Notes under the pieces: generated by a model
What the model was told of the DNA's origin: nothing
What the model saw: the letters and a program-made list of their open reading frames with translations, nothing else
The model's database searches: none
Translations under genes and position numbers: made by a program
Virus record (IMG/VR): IMGVR_UViG_3300048998_000108
Coordinates: 1-37,345 of that record
Source: a virus
Lineage: Duplodnaviria; Caudoviricetes
Direction: 5' to 3' (one strand)
Length of the DNA stretch: 37,345 bases
In this document: positions 27,145 to 36,011 of the stretch, piece after piece
Layout of the letters: every line of letters starts with the position of its first letter
How positions within the stretch are numbered: position 1 is the stretch's first letter

Positions 27145-27383
27145 GGACGAAGAAGATGGAAGAGGTGAAAGTTTTTCTGACGGAGCGCGAGATCGGCGGA
27201 CACCTCTACGGCGAGCACATCTGCGCGCGCAGTTTGGCTGAGGCGCAAGAGTTTGCGGCGCGCGCGGGCGTGCGACTACTCGGCGAGTTGGAGGAGACGC
27301 TCTGCGCGAACTGCCTCGCGCGCATCGGCGGCTCTGCCCCGACGACTTCGCCGAACGATTGGGACGAAACGATTGATGCGTAA
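27141..27383 (+). CDS. Hypothetical protein, 80 aa
   Basis: ATGA coupling; CANC. Confidence 0.6.
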   Translation: MRTKKMEEVKVFLTEREIGGHLYGEHICARSLAEAQEFAARAGVRLLGELEETLCANCLARIGGSAPTTSPNDWDETIDA

Positions 27384-28868
27384 GTGAGCGATGAAAAGAA
27401 AAAAGTTTCGAGCGGCACGACGAAGACCATCACGCTTCGACGTAAGGGAAAGAGCGCGCCCACGCAAATTGCGACCGCGCAGCCGAAGCGCGGCATCGTT
27501 CCCGTTGACGACGAGTCGGCGCGCTACCTCAGACGCGGAAAACCTCTCGTCACCTTCTACGATCTCGGCACGCGCCTCCGTAGCGTCGAGACGGAATCCG
27601 ATTCGCTCTTTCTACTCGACGCAAACGAATCCGCGCCCGCGCCGCACGATGGCTACATCAACGAATACGTCGAGCTGCGCTTAGAGTCGCCCGCGCTTCT
27701 TTCGACGAACGACGACGGCTCACTCGCGCTCACGCGCAGCGAAAAGATCGCGGCGGGCGAGTGGTCGCGCTTTCTCGCTCTACTACTTGGCTCGCGCGCC
27801 GACCCTTCGCACGTCACGTTTGATCCGTTCGGCACGACGAAGGCGAACGGATCGGGGCGCACCTTGCCGAACGTGATGCCGATCCCGTTTCCCGCCGTCT
27901 GGAATTTCGAGCTTGCCTTGCGCTTCAAATACGCCGACGCGAGCGTGAAGACATATGCGATAGATGACCGGGACGGCTTGCGCCCTGCGGAGTGGCAGCC
28001 GCCCGTCGAGACACCTTCGGGCGAGCATTGGAATGCGATCAATCTCTCAGACGAGACGGCGCAACACGAAGGGAAGCTGAAACCGAAGGCGAGCGAATTA
28101 AAGAACCTCGCGTCGCTGAAACTCACATCGCCGACGCTTTTCTACGAAGCCTTCGACACCGCCGACGTAAACGTGAAGGTCACAAGCGAGCCGTCGCCTT
28201 CGGCTGCGGCGGTCGCGTTCCCTTCGTCGTTCAAAAGTTTGCGCGTCTATCTCGTGCCGCGCGTTGCCGTGATGTTTCGGCAGACCGCGCGCACGCGGCA
28301 CGAGAATTGGTCGGGCACGGTCTCAGGCTCTTCCACATCTTCGACGGCGACGGCGATCTCGACGGCGTATCAGGGATTCTTCGCCGAGCGGATGCCGATT
28401 CATAGCTGGGCGCGGCTTCATTCAAATACTTGGGGCACGGTCTTTCGTCTGACGGGCGCGGAAGATCAAGCCATGCGCGCATTCAATAAAGTCTTCGACC
28501 GCTCAAACATTTTCACGACGCGCACGCTCGTCGAAACACGCCTGCACACGAACCTTCACGCGGGCGACGACGTTTCGGTCGCATTCGAGTCGGGCGCGTG
28601 GAGTGCCTCCGATCTCGACGCGCGCAACGCTACGGCTCTCACAGCCGCGCTCTCCGCTTCGGTCTCTGGACTCGTCGAGAGTTCGCAGACGGACACGGAC
28701 ACGGTATCCGCTCCGGCGCAGGGGCAGCTCGAAGCCGACGCCGCGCGTGGCATCCCTTCCGGCACGCTCGTCGCCGCGCTCGCCGATGGCGCGCGTGTTT
28801 TCTATGTGTGGAATATGGAAGATGATCGGATCGGCGCGGGCTACCGCGTGCTCTCACTCCGCGTCTGA
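27384..28868 (+). CDS. Hypothetical protein, 494 aa (putative tail-associated)
   Basis: Long ORF, GTG abutting previous stop; S/T-rich. Confidence 0.75.
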   Translation: MSDEKKKVSSGTTKTITLRRKGKSAPTQIATAQPKRGIVPVDDESARYLRRGKPLVTFYDLGTRLRSVETESDSLFLLDANESAPAPHDGYINEYVELRLESPALLSTNDDGSLALTRSEKIAAGEWSRFLALLLGSRADPSHVTFDPFGTTKANGSGRTLPNVMPIPFPAVWNFELALRFKYADASVKTYAIDDRDGLRPAEWQPPVETPSGEHWNAINLSDETAQHEGKLKPKASELKNLASLKLTSPTLFYEAFDTADVNVKVTSEPSPSAAAVAFPSSFKSLRVYLVPRVAVMFRQTARTRHENWSGTVSGSSTSSTATAISTAYQGFFAERMPIHSWARLHSNTWGTVFRLTGAEDQAMRAFNKVFDRSNIFTTRTLVETRLHTNLHAGDDVSVAFESGAWSASDLDARNATALTAALSASVSGLVESSQTDTDTVSAPAQGQLEADAARGIPSGTLVAALADGARVFYVWNMEDDRIGAGYRVLSLRV

Positions 28869-28879
28869 ACCCCCGACGC

Positions 28880-28908
28880 TTGACAGCATCGCTCGAAGTG
28901 ACGATAAT
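28880..28908 (+). promoter_or_regulatory. sigma70 promoter TTGACA-17-GATAAT with a 16-bp box (28889-28904) in the spacer and -10
   Basis: Perfect -35, 5/6 -10, 17-nt spacer, upstream of the adenine MTase. Confidence 0.8.
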
Positions 28909-28996
28909 CGCCGGCGCGTGATCATCTCGCCAGATTCGGCGAGGGTCGAGCTTTGACGCTCAAGCGCGCATCTCCATTTCTGGCGAGGCTTCAGGT

Positions 28997-29722
28997 ATGC
29001 AATACGCGGGCGGTAAGAACGGGGCGGGCGTCTATCAATCAATCATCAATTTGATGCCGCCGCATCGCGTCTATATCGAGCCGTTCTTAGGATCGGGCGC
29101 GGTCTTGCGGATGAAGCGACCCGCGAAAGTTAATATCGGCGTTGACGCCGACGCGCGCGCAATCGAGACGCTCAGGCTTGAGCTGGCATCGTCGAATCCG
29201 GCGAGCCTGCAAAAGCTGCTCGCATCGCTGAAACTGACGGTAGGCTCCGGTATCGAATTCTTGCGCGCCTACCCGTTTCGTGGCGACGAGTTGTGCTACA
29301 TCGATCCGCCCTACCTCTTCGACGTGCGATCTTCCAAACGGCGAATCTACGCGCACGAGTTCGGGACCGAAGAAGAGCACGCGGAATTACTACGCCTCGT
29401 CGTGACTCTTCCTTGCATGGTCATGCTCTCAGGCTACCGTTCGGAGTTTTACGACCGCACACTCTGGAAGTGGCGGCGCGCACAGTTTCAGACGACGAAC
29501 CGCGCCGGCGCGCGCACGCTCGAAGTCGTGTGGATGAACTTCCCCGCGCCATTGGAGCTTCACGATTACAGATTTTTAGGAAAGGGCTTTAGAGAGCGCG
29601 AGCGCATCAAGCGAAAGCGCGAGCGTTGGAAAGCGAAGTTGCTGCGGATGCCGCAGCTTGAGCGGCACGCGATTCTCTCAGCCGTCGCGGAGCTTCGCGC
29701 GGGACCGCCACGCCAGATGTAG
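28997..29722 (+). CDS. DNA N6-adenine methyltransferase (D12/Dam class), compact, with basic C-terminal extension
   Basis: YAGGK, YIEPFLGSGAV (SAM binding), IGVD, YIDPPY (catalytic), MLSGY, EVVWMNF. Confidence 0.92.
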   Translation: MQYAGGKNGAGVYQSIINLMPPHRVYIEPFLGSGAVLRMKRPAKVNIGVDADARAIETLRLELASSNPASLQKLLASLKLTVGSGIEFLRAYPFRGDELCYIDPPYLFDVRSSKRRIYAHEFGTEEEHAELLRLVVTLPCMVMLSGYRSEFYDRTLWKWRRAQFQTTNRAGARTLEVVWMNFPAPLELHDYRFLGKGFRERERIKRKRERWKAKLLRMPQLERHAILSAVAELRAGPPRQM

Positions 29723-29746
29723 CGATGCGATCCTTCGAGTGGATCG

Positions 29747-31486
29747 TCACTTCCGGCGAGGGCGGCAGCCGAACATTTCCGACCAATGCGGCGAGCGTCC
29801 ATTTCCCGCCGACCAGCCCGAAACCTCTCTTGAGATTGTCAATTGCGTCGGGCGCGGTGTACCGTGCTCGTCGTAATCAATAGTCTGAGGGGTCGAAAAG
29901 CGGAAAACGAACCGAAGGCGCGGGTGCTTCTCTTCGCTTGGAATAACTGTCACGCTCTCAACTAACGCGCGCACGATCTCCACTTTGCGCGCGTCGTTTG
30001 CCGACTCGATTCCTTCACGCAAGCGTTCGAGCAAGCGCGCAATAGACTCGATTCTCTCCGCCGCGCTGCGCGCGCCGACGCGCTCGCGCTCTTCACGCGC
30101 GGCTTCCGACTCCGACGACTCTATTTCACGCCGCACGCCTTCGAGTTGCGTGCGCGCCTCCGTGCGCGAGAGCGTGCCATCGGCGACGAGTGAGACGAGG
30201 CGTTCGCGCTTGCGCTTAAGTCGCGCGAGTCGCGTGGCGTGCGAGGCGCGCCGCTCGCCGGATCGGGCGATGGTGGACGCGGACGCGCGCTTGTGTGTGA
30301 GCAGTTCGCGCAACTCCGCGAGTGCCGAATCGGGCGAGCGGATGAACTCCGCGCAGAACTGCCACGCGACCGAATCGAGGAAGTCGGCGCGCACGCCCGC
30401 CGTTCCGCATGGCGGGCGCGACGCTTCGCGAACGACGTGGCTCGCGCAGCGATAGTAGGGGAGGTGTGCGCCGCCCGCGCTCCGGTTTGAGATACCGACA
30501 AGGGCGAGGAAGTTGCGCCCGCACGCGCCGCAGACGACGAGCCCGCGCGCGAGATACGTGCGCTTCGAGTTTCGCGGCGCGAACCGCTTGCGCGCGTCTA
30601 TGAGAGCTTGAACGCGGTCGAACTGTGCGCGTGTGATGATCGCGGGCGGGCGCGCGGGCGTGCCTTGCTCCACGCGCTTCACAGAGCGCGAGCTTCGCTG
30701 TCTCGTCTTACGTGGTCTCCACGTCCACTCGCCGACGTAGAGTGGGTTTCTAAGGAGTCCCGCGACCGTCGCCTGATACCATCTTCGGTTTCGCGTGGCG
30801 TCGTGCCAGCCGATAGGATGCGGGATGCCACGCAGGTTCAGTTGATCAGCGATGCGCGAAGCTGAACGCCCCTGCTCGCAGAGCATGAATATCTCGCGGA
30901 CGATCTTGGCTTGCTCTTCGTCAATCGCGAGCCGCTTCCCCTTGTATTTGAGGTCGGGCGCGGTGAAGGGCGCGAGCTTGTAGCCGAAAGGAGGGCGCCC
31001 GCCGAGCCAGCCGCCCGCGCGCGCCGCGCGCTCCATTCCCGCTTTGGAGTTCGCAAGGATGTCTTCGCGGTCGTACTGTGCTACCCCTGCGTACATGGCG
31101 CGCATCATGGCGCGCGCGCCTGCGCTCGCCTCACGCGGCACGGGTTCGCGCGTGGCAATCAGATCAAGCCCCAACTCGACTTCGATCTGCTCGACGACGA
31201 GATGAATGACGAGGGCTTTGCGACCGATGCGTTTATGCGTGAGGCAGACGACGCCGCGCGCGCGTGAGTGAGCGGAGCGCAAGTCTTCGAGCATTCGGCG
31301 ACCGGCGGGGCGCGCGTCAAGCGGAAGCGTGCCTGATACTCCGTCGTCTAAATACTCGGCGACGATCTCGATATGGTTGAGCGCGCACCACGAACGAATC
31401 TCGGAGAGTTGCGTCTGGATGGTGACGCGCTCACGTTGATCGTCAGAGGAGACGCGGGCGTAGAGGACGTAAGGGGCAAGTTCCAT
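29747..31486 (-). CDS. int: Large serine recombinase (integrase)
   Basis: YARVSS catalytic Ser, DDGVSG, GG.PPFGY, LLRNPLYVG, Zn ribbon CGACG...YYRC...C, coiled coil. Confidence 0.95.
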   Translation of the reverse strand: MELAPYVLYARVSSDDQRERVTIQTQLSEIRSWCALNHIEIVAEYLDDGVSGTLPLDARPAGRRMLEDLRSAHSRARGVVCLTHKRIGRKALVIHLVVEQIEVELGLDLIATREPVPREASAGARAMMRAMYAGVAQYDREDILANSKAGMERAARAGGWLGGRPPFGYKLAPFTAPDLKYKGKRLAIDEEQAKIVREIFMLCEQGRSASRIADQLNLRGIPHPIGWHDATRNRRWYQATVAGLLRNPLYVGEWTWRPRKTRQRSSRSVKRVEQGTPARPPAIITRAQFDRVQALIDARKRFAPRNSKRTYLARGLVVCGACGRNFLALVGISNRSAGGAHLPYYRCASHVVREASRPPCGTAGVRADFLDSVAWQFCAEFIRSPDSALAELRELLTHKRASASTIARSGERRASHATRLARLKRKRERLVSLVADGTLSRTEARTQLEGVRREIESSESEAAREERERVGARSAAERIESIARLLERLREGIESANDARKVEIVRALVESVTVIPSEEKHPRLRFVFRFSTPQTIDYDEHGTPRPTQLTISREVSGWSAGNGRSPHWSEMFGCRPRRK

Positions 31487-31532
31487 TGTGGCGACTCCGG
31501 TGCGAGCCGCGTTCGGGAGGTTGCGCCGCTCG

Positions 31533-32156
31533 TTATTGCTTTAGCTCTGCGAAAAACTGCGCTTCGTCATCATTGATGATGTGCTCAATTTCAACGTTAA
31601 GGTCTGTGGCGTTAGCTATGTACGAATCAAAGTGCCCTTTGGGGTAGTAGTCATACTCGAAACTCTCGCCGGGCTTGATGTTTCCGACAGGGATTGAAGG
31701 CGCACGCGAATCCCCTAACCGCTTGCCATGATCGTAGCGAGTCGTTAAGACCGTTAGAAAAGGAAGCGTCACGTTTGAATTGTTAGTGATTCTGAGGCGC
31801 ACGTAATCGGCGTAAGGCTCTTCAATGCCGTACCTCTGTGAAGTGTCGAAGCTCAGCACTTCGACCGTGAAATGCTTTCTGGCTTCTAGTATTTCCTCGC
31901 GCGGGAGATTGCTGGCGACAAGTTCTTTATTGAAACTGCGCGTGCTGTGGTGAAGCATCACAGCGCAGAGGAGCGCGGAAATGCACACGGCTACAATGAT
32001 AGGTATGCCTAAGCCTCTTCCGACTTGAAAAGAATCTGTTGCGGGTCGGGGAAGCGTTTGCGATTCCACTAGCGACATTTCAGAGCCACACCTACGGCAT
32101 GACGCATCTTCTGCAAAAGTGACAAATCCGCATTTCTGACATTTCCTACTTTTCAT
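31533..32156 (-). CDS. Membrane-anchored protein: N-terminal Zn ribbon, TM helix, extracytoplasmic beta-sandwich
   Basis: CQKCG...CRRCG; LGIPIIVAVCISALLCAVML; ITNNSN...IKPGES; visibly lower GC. Confidence 0.8.
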   Translation of the reverse strand: MKSRKCQKCGFVTFAEDASCRRCGSEMSLVESQTLPRPATDSFQVGRGLGIPIIVAVCISALLCAVMLHHSTRSFNKELVASNLPREEILEARKHFTVEVLSFDTSQRYGIEEPYADYVRLRITNNSNVTLPFLTVLTTRYDHGKRLGDSRAPSIPVGNIKPGESFEYDYYPKGHFDSYIANATDLNVEIEHIINDDEAQFFAELKQ

Positions 32157-32261
32157 GTAAGGATTTCCTTTCGGTTGGCGGGTAGTGAGCTATGAGGTTG
32201 CGAGGTCAAGAGGCGCGATTGAGTGCGCCACTTCCAACGTAGCAAACCGACTCGCGCCCCG

Positions 32262-32696
32262 TCAATCCCAACTCCTCACGCTCTCAATCACAATCGCCTT
32301 GATCTCGACTTCGCCGAGTTCATAATCCAAATCTTCATAATTCGAGTTAGCCGAGCGCAACAGCACGCGCGGCTCGCATCCACTATCGAATAAATAAAAA
32401 TGCTTGATGACGAGTCCGCCTTCCGGTATGCGCGCGACGACGAGCCGTCCATTTTTAACTTCCGACATCTCGAAGTTGCGGCGGCACGTCACGCGATCTC
32501 CATCGAAAATTCCGTCGTCGCGCAAAGAGTCACCGGCGACGCGAATCGAAATCAGATCGTCGTAAGGTCGCGCTGTCGCCGGACGGACAATCTTGCGGCG
32601 GCGGACTGAGGGGAGAAATTCGACGGTCTGACCCGCGCCGATCTGCCCGTAGTCGGGCACGCTGATGACGCGAGCGTGTGCGAGGTTTGTGAGCAT
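32262..32696 (-). CDS. Stand-alone S24 (LexA/CI/UmuD-type) peptidase domain
   Basis: YGQIGAG cleavage region, VAGDSL (Ser), IFDGD, LVIKHF (Lys), L.SAN.NY. Confidence 0.88.
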   Translation of the reverse strand: MLTNLAHARVISVPDYGQIGAGQTVEFLPSVRRRKIVRPATARPYDDLISIRVAGDSLRDDGIFDGDRVTCRRNFEMSEVKNGRLVVARIPEGGLVIKHFYLFDSGCEPRVLLRSANSNYEDLDYELGEVEIKAIVIESVRSWD

Positions 32697-32702
32697 GAGG
32701 TA

Positions 32703-33251
32703 TTAAGCCCGCTTTGTCTTTTTTGTTTTCTGACCCTTAACTGCCCGCGTCGCGTTTTCTCTGCGCGCCTTTTGTGTTGGCGTCTCGTCGCGCAAGTTCG
32801 CGTCCACGTCTTCGACTTCTTGCGTCTTGGCGGGCGCGATAGGGCGGCGACGTTGAATCTCATTACCCAGCAAGCGCACGGTTGGTAGTAAGTCGCGTTT
32901 GTCTTCGTCAGAAAGCTCGCTATACGCTTTGAAGGCGTCGCGAATTTCCCAATCGAAAATCTCGGCATCATCAAACTCGAACGCTCCCGGTCTATGAAAT
33001 AACTGACCACAGACCAGCGAAAAGAGCATGGGCTCAGTGATGCCCAGACCTTTCGCGAGCGCAGCTAACTTCTCACCAGAGACGTTCTTTACTTGCCCGT
33101 TCTCAATTCGAGTTACGTAGGCGTCGGAAATCCGCCCGCCACTCCGCTTCTCAACGTCAGTTGTCGAGAGCCTGTTTTCGCGCCTAACTCGACGGACAAA
33201 ATCACCGAGCGACTCCATCGGCTTCTTTTCTAGCGGATTGCTACTAGCCAT
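32703..33251 (-). CDS. CI-like XRE HTH repressor (start 33251 or 33218)
   Basis: LGDFVRRVRRENRLS..DVE..SG..IS.AYVTRIENG....S...L..LAKGLG; divergent from cro. Confidence 0.88.
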   Translation of the reverse strand: MASSNPLEKKPMESLGDFVRRVRRENRLSTTDVEKRSGGRISDAYVTRIENGQVKNVSGEKLAALAKGLGITEPMLFSLVCGQLFHRPGAFEFDDAEIFDWEIRDAFKAYSELSDEDKRDLLPTVRLLGNEIQRRRPIAPAKTQEVEDVDANLRDETPTQKARRENATRAVKGQKTKKTKRA

Positions 33252-33261
33252 AGGAGACAGA

Positions 33262-33374
33262 CTACTATCGTAGCTTGCTACTATGGGTAGAGACATTCCT
33301 ACAAAAGTAGTTGACACAAATCTTGCCTTTATGTATATTCCTACTATCGTAGTAAAAAGACTACGATAGTAGGA
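33262..33374. promoter_or_regulatory. Lysis-lysogeny switch: five CTAC-N4/5-GTAG operators and PR promoter TTGACA(33311)-17-TATATT(33334)
   Basis: Operators at 33262, 33278, 33299, 33341, 33361; three are CTACTATCGTAG or its reverse complement. Confidence 0.85.
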
Positions 33375-33381
33375 GGAAGCG

Positions 33382-33615
33382 GTGCACAGAGCCGAGCTAA
33401 TCCGCGCGAAAATGGGTGAGCTAAACCTTTCAAAAGCAGAGCTTGCCCGCCGTGCTCACCTTAACCCCAACACCATCACGGCGGTCTGTCGCGGAGACGA
33501 GACGATGCCGAGCACACTTCAAAAAGTGTGTGACGCGCTCGGATTGACTCTCGCGGAACTGTTCACGCCGAAGGAAGGCGAGCAGGCAGGAGTCGAAGAG
33601 CCAGGCGCCGCGTGA
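33382..33615 (+). CDS. Cro-like HTH regulator
   Basis: LSKAELARRAHLNPNTITAV...TLQKVCDALG; AGGAGG SD. Confidence 0.88.
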   Translation: MHRAELIRAKMGELNLSKAELARRAHLNPNTITAVCRGDETMPSTLQKVCDALGLTLAELFTPKEGEQAGVEEPGAA

Positions 33616-33869
33616 AGGCTCACACGGACGCCGCACGCATCTGGCGATCAACTCTAAACGCCGAACTCTCCGATCACTCCACAGAAATGCGCCAACCGCG
33701 AAACTACCAGCCGAGCTACCCCGTCGAGGTCGAGTTTGTGCCCGACCGTGAGGCGGAGCTTCGCGCGTTGATGCTCGCGCTGGGGATGTCGGATGAAGAG
33801 ATCGCGGACGTGCTCGCGCTACGGCGAGAAAGAGATCAAGTAGAGGTCGCGTCCGTCGGCGCGGCATGA
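33612..33869 (+). CDS. Hypothetical protein
   Basis: GTGA overlap with cro. Confidence 0.6.
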   Translation: MKAHTDAARIWRSTLNAELSDHSTEMRQPRNYQPSYPVEVEFVPDREAELRALMLALGMSDEEIADVLALRRERDQVEVASVGAA

Positions 33870-33879
33870 CGAAATGAGA

Positions 33880-33923
33880 AGACGGTTTCGGGGCGTGCCT
33901 GCAAAGCCAACCCGAAACCGTCT
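33880..33923 (+). other. Stem-loop in early operon (AGACGGTTTCGGG / CCCGAAACCGTCT)
   Basis: 13-bp perfect arms, intergenic, no U-tract. Confidence 0.65.
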
Positions 33924-33948
33924 CGATAACTCACGAAGGAGTTGTTTC

Positions 33949-34161
33949 ATGGTAGCACGAAATGAGTCTCACACAAGGCAAAAACTTCCGCCCGCGCCCG
34001 TCGAAGACATTGACGCGCTACTCGTCGAGATCAAGACCGTGTGCGAAAACGATTTTCTTGACGCTCGCGAGAAAGACGATCTGATCTGGAAATTGGCGAA
34101 GCGGATCGAGATCGCGAGACGACGAGAGCGCGAGTCGGAAAGAGAGGTACGCGCGGCATGA
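33949..34161 (+). CDS. Hypothetical protein, 70 aa
   Basis: AAGGAG SD, ATG 33949. Confidence 0.7.
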   Translation: MVARNESHTRQKLPPAPVEDIDALLVEIKTVCENDFLDAREKDDLIWKLAKRIEIARRRERESEREVRAA

Positions 34162-34457
34162 AGTTCATCCAGATCGGACGCCGCGTCATCAACCTCGCGG
34201 CAATCGCTTACGTCAACCTCTACCGCTCCGCGACGAGCGTCGAAATCTACCTGCTCGCGACCGAAGGGCGCATCTCGCCCGGCGATCACAACCTGCTCGA
34301 AGGCGAGTCGGAGATGACGACGCTTATCTTCCATGCGGAAGAGGCGGAGCAAGTGCGCGCCTACTTCGCGGACGCTTACGACGTGAAGAGCGAGACCTTC
34401 GTCATCTCGCCCGCGAAGCCCATGCCCGCGAGTGCGACAGAAGAGGAGGGCGAATAG
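34158..34457 (+). CDS. Hypothetical protein, 99 aa
   Basis: ATGA overlap; MKFIQIG...INL..I.YV. Confidence 0.75.
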   Translation: MKFIQIGRRVINLAAIAYVNLYRSATSVEIYLLATEGRISPGDHNLLEGESEMTTLIFHAEEAEQVRAYFADAYDVKSETFVISPAKPMPASATEEEGE

Positions 34458-34459
34458 CC

Positions 34460-34714
34460 ATGCCTTTATGTCGCAGGTGTCCCGCTCCAATCGTCTTCGC
34501 CAAACAGAACGCGACCGCGCGCAACCCCTACCCGGCGAACAATCCCTTGAACGCGCTTCCCGACGAGCGCGGCAACCTTCGTCTCAATCGCGAGACGATG
34601 ACTTACGACGTGCTCACCGGCGACGAGCTGCGTGCCGCTCGCTCGTCGGGCGAGAAACTTTACTTGTCTCACTTCGCCACGTGCGCTCACGCGCGCGAGT
34701 TCGTGCGCGGCTGA
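34460..34714 (+). CDS. Small Zn-finger phage protein
   Basis: CRRC...SHFATC; GGAGG SD. Confidence 0.75.
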   Translation: MPLCRRCPAPIVFAKQNATARNPYPANNPLNALPDERGNLRLNRETMTYDVLTGDELRAARSSGEKLYLSHFATCAHAREFVRG

Positions 34715-34719
34715 GGGCG

Positions 34720-34944
34720 ATGATTCTCTTAACGAAGCCGATCTGTGAGCACACTGACGCGGAGCTAGTGCGCGCCGGGCTCACCCTGACGGAGCTCTAC
34801 GCGGTCTCACCGGAGCCGCGATACCTTGCGCTCGTGAATCAGATCGACGCGGAGTTGATCGCGCGCATGAAGGCTTCAAATCCTTACGGGCAAAACTCGA
34901 ATGGCATATCTGAAAGCGGAGAGCGCGCCCTTAACGCGCGCTGA
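34720..34944 (+). CDS. Hypothetical protein, 74 aa
   Basis: GAGG SD, ATG 34720. Confidence 0.6.
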   Translation: MILLTKPICEHTDAELVRAGLTLTELYAVSPEPRYLALVNQIDAELIARMKASNPYGQNSNGISESGERALNAR

Positions 34945-35107
34945 AAAGTTCAAGCGTGAGTTGGAAGCGTTCCGCGTCATCTGCGCCGCGCTTCATTGGC
35001 GCACGGAGTTCGTGTCCAGCTTGCGCGCACGGTTGTATTGGAGTCGAAGAGGCGAAAGGCGCGAGCCGGGTTCAACGACTCGCGCCCTTAATGGCACGAC
35101 AGACTGA
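34901..35107 (+). CDS. Hypothetical protein
   Basis: ORF fills gap; no clear SD. Confidence 0.4.
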   Translation: MAYLKAESAPLTRAEKFKRELEAFRVICAALHWRTEFVSSLRARLYWSRRGERREPGSTTRALNGTTD

Positions 35108-35156
35108 CACAAGTGAATGCGCTTGAATATAGCGCGGAAAGGCAAGACGGTCAACC

Positions 35157-36011
35157 ATGAGTGATGATAAAGGGAGCGCGCTCGTCAAGCGCGAACCCGA
35201 ACTGCAAATGCGGGAGGCACGCATTGTGCCGCTCGACGAAGGAAACGTTTTTCAACTCGGCGAGATGATCGCCCAGAGCGGCTACTTCCAAGACGCGAAG
35301 CAGGCGGCTCAGGCGGTCGTCAAAGTCCTCGCCGGTCGCGAGCTAGGGCTTGGCGCAATCGCTTCGATGACGGGCATCTACATCGTGCAGGGGCGCGTCA
35401 CGCTCTCCGCGAACCTGATTGCCGCCGTCATCAAGCGTTCGGGTAAGTACAACTACCGCGTGCGCGAGATGTCGGAGAAGGCTTGCGAGATCGAATTCTT
35501 CGAGGGCGGGGAGAGTCTCGGCAAATCGAAGTTCACGATTGAAGAGGCGCGAGTTGCGAAGCTCGCCGACGGCGACAACTGGAAAAAGTATCCGCGCAAT
35601 ATGTTGTTCGCGCGCGCGATGTCGAACGGCGCGAAGTGGTACGCGGCGGATGTCTTCGCGGGACCCGTGTACACGCCCGACGAGTTGGGCGCGCATGTCT
35701 CGCTCGACGAGTCGGGGGAGATGCGCGTTGAAGAGACGCAAGCGAAGGCTACCGCGCAGGAGACGCGCACGGCGGAAGATGAACGCGGCGCGCTCGTCGC
35801 TCAGGTGCGCGAGATGTGCGCGGAGTTGAATAGCGCGGGGTACAAACCCGTGTGGACTGCCGTCACGCTTAACACTTACGTCAACGAAAAGTTCATGCGC
35901 GCTGGCGGGCTAGAAAGCTGCTCGCTCGACGATCTGCGCGCTCTACGTACTGATCTTTTCGAGAAGCTGAAAGCGACGCCCGTCGCGGCGGGGAAGGGGG
36001 CGAGTAAATGA
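35157..36011 (+). CDS. RecT/Red-beta-like single-strand annealing protein
   Basis: G.ELGL....SM.GIYIVQGR...FTIEEA..A.L....NWKKYP.NML.ARA.......DV..G.VYTPDEL. Confidence 0.82.
   Translation: MSDDKGSALVKREPELQMREARIVPLDEGNVFQLGEMIAQSGYFQDAKQAAQAVVKVLAGRELGLGAIASMTGIYIVQGRVTLSANLIAAVIKRSGKYNYRVREMSEKACEIEFFEGGESLGKSKFTIEEARVAKLADGDNWKKYPRNMLFARAMSNGAKWYAADVFAGPVYTPDELGAHVSLDESGEMRVEETQAKATAQETRTAEDERGALVAQVREMCAELNSAGYKPVWTAVTLNTYVNEKFMRAGGLESCSLDDLRALRTDLFEKLKATPVAAGKGASK

Noticed and set aside
2375-27562. Additional TCG-N10-CGA matches (2375, 2518, 4213, 19749, 20238, 27547)
   Set aside because: Centres deviate from the box consensus and TCG/CGA are very frequent here, so they are not counted as boxes.
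29728-29746. Hairpin CGATCC-N7-GGATCG between convergent MTase and integrase as terminator or attP
   Set aside because: Short stem, no U-tract, overlaps a box; neither role can be supported.
33252-33317. ORF-track N-terminal extension of the repressor to 33317
   Set aside because: It runs through the operators and the PR -35; a start at 33251 or 33218 is more plausible.
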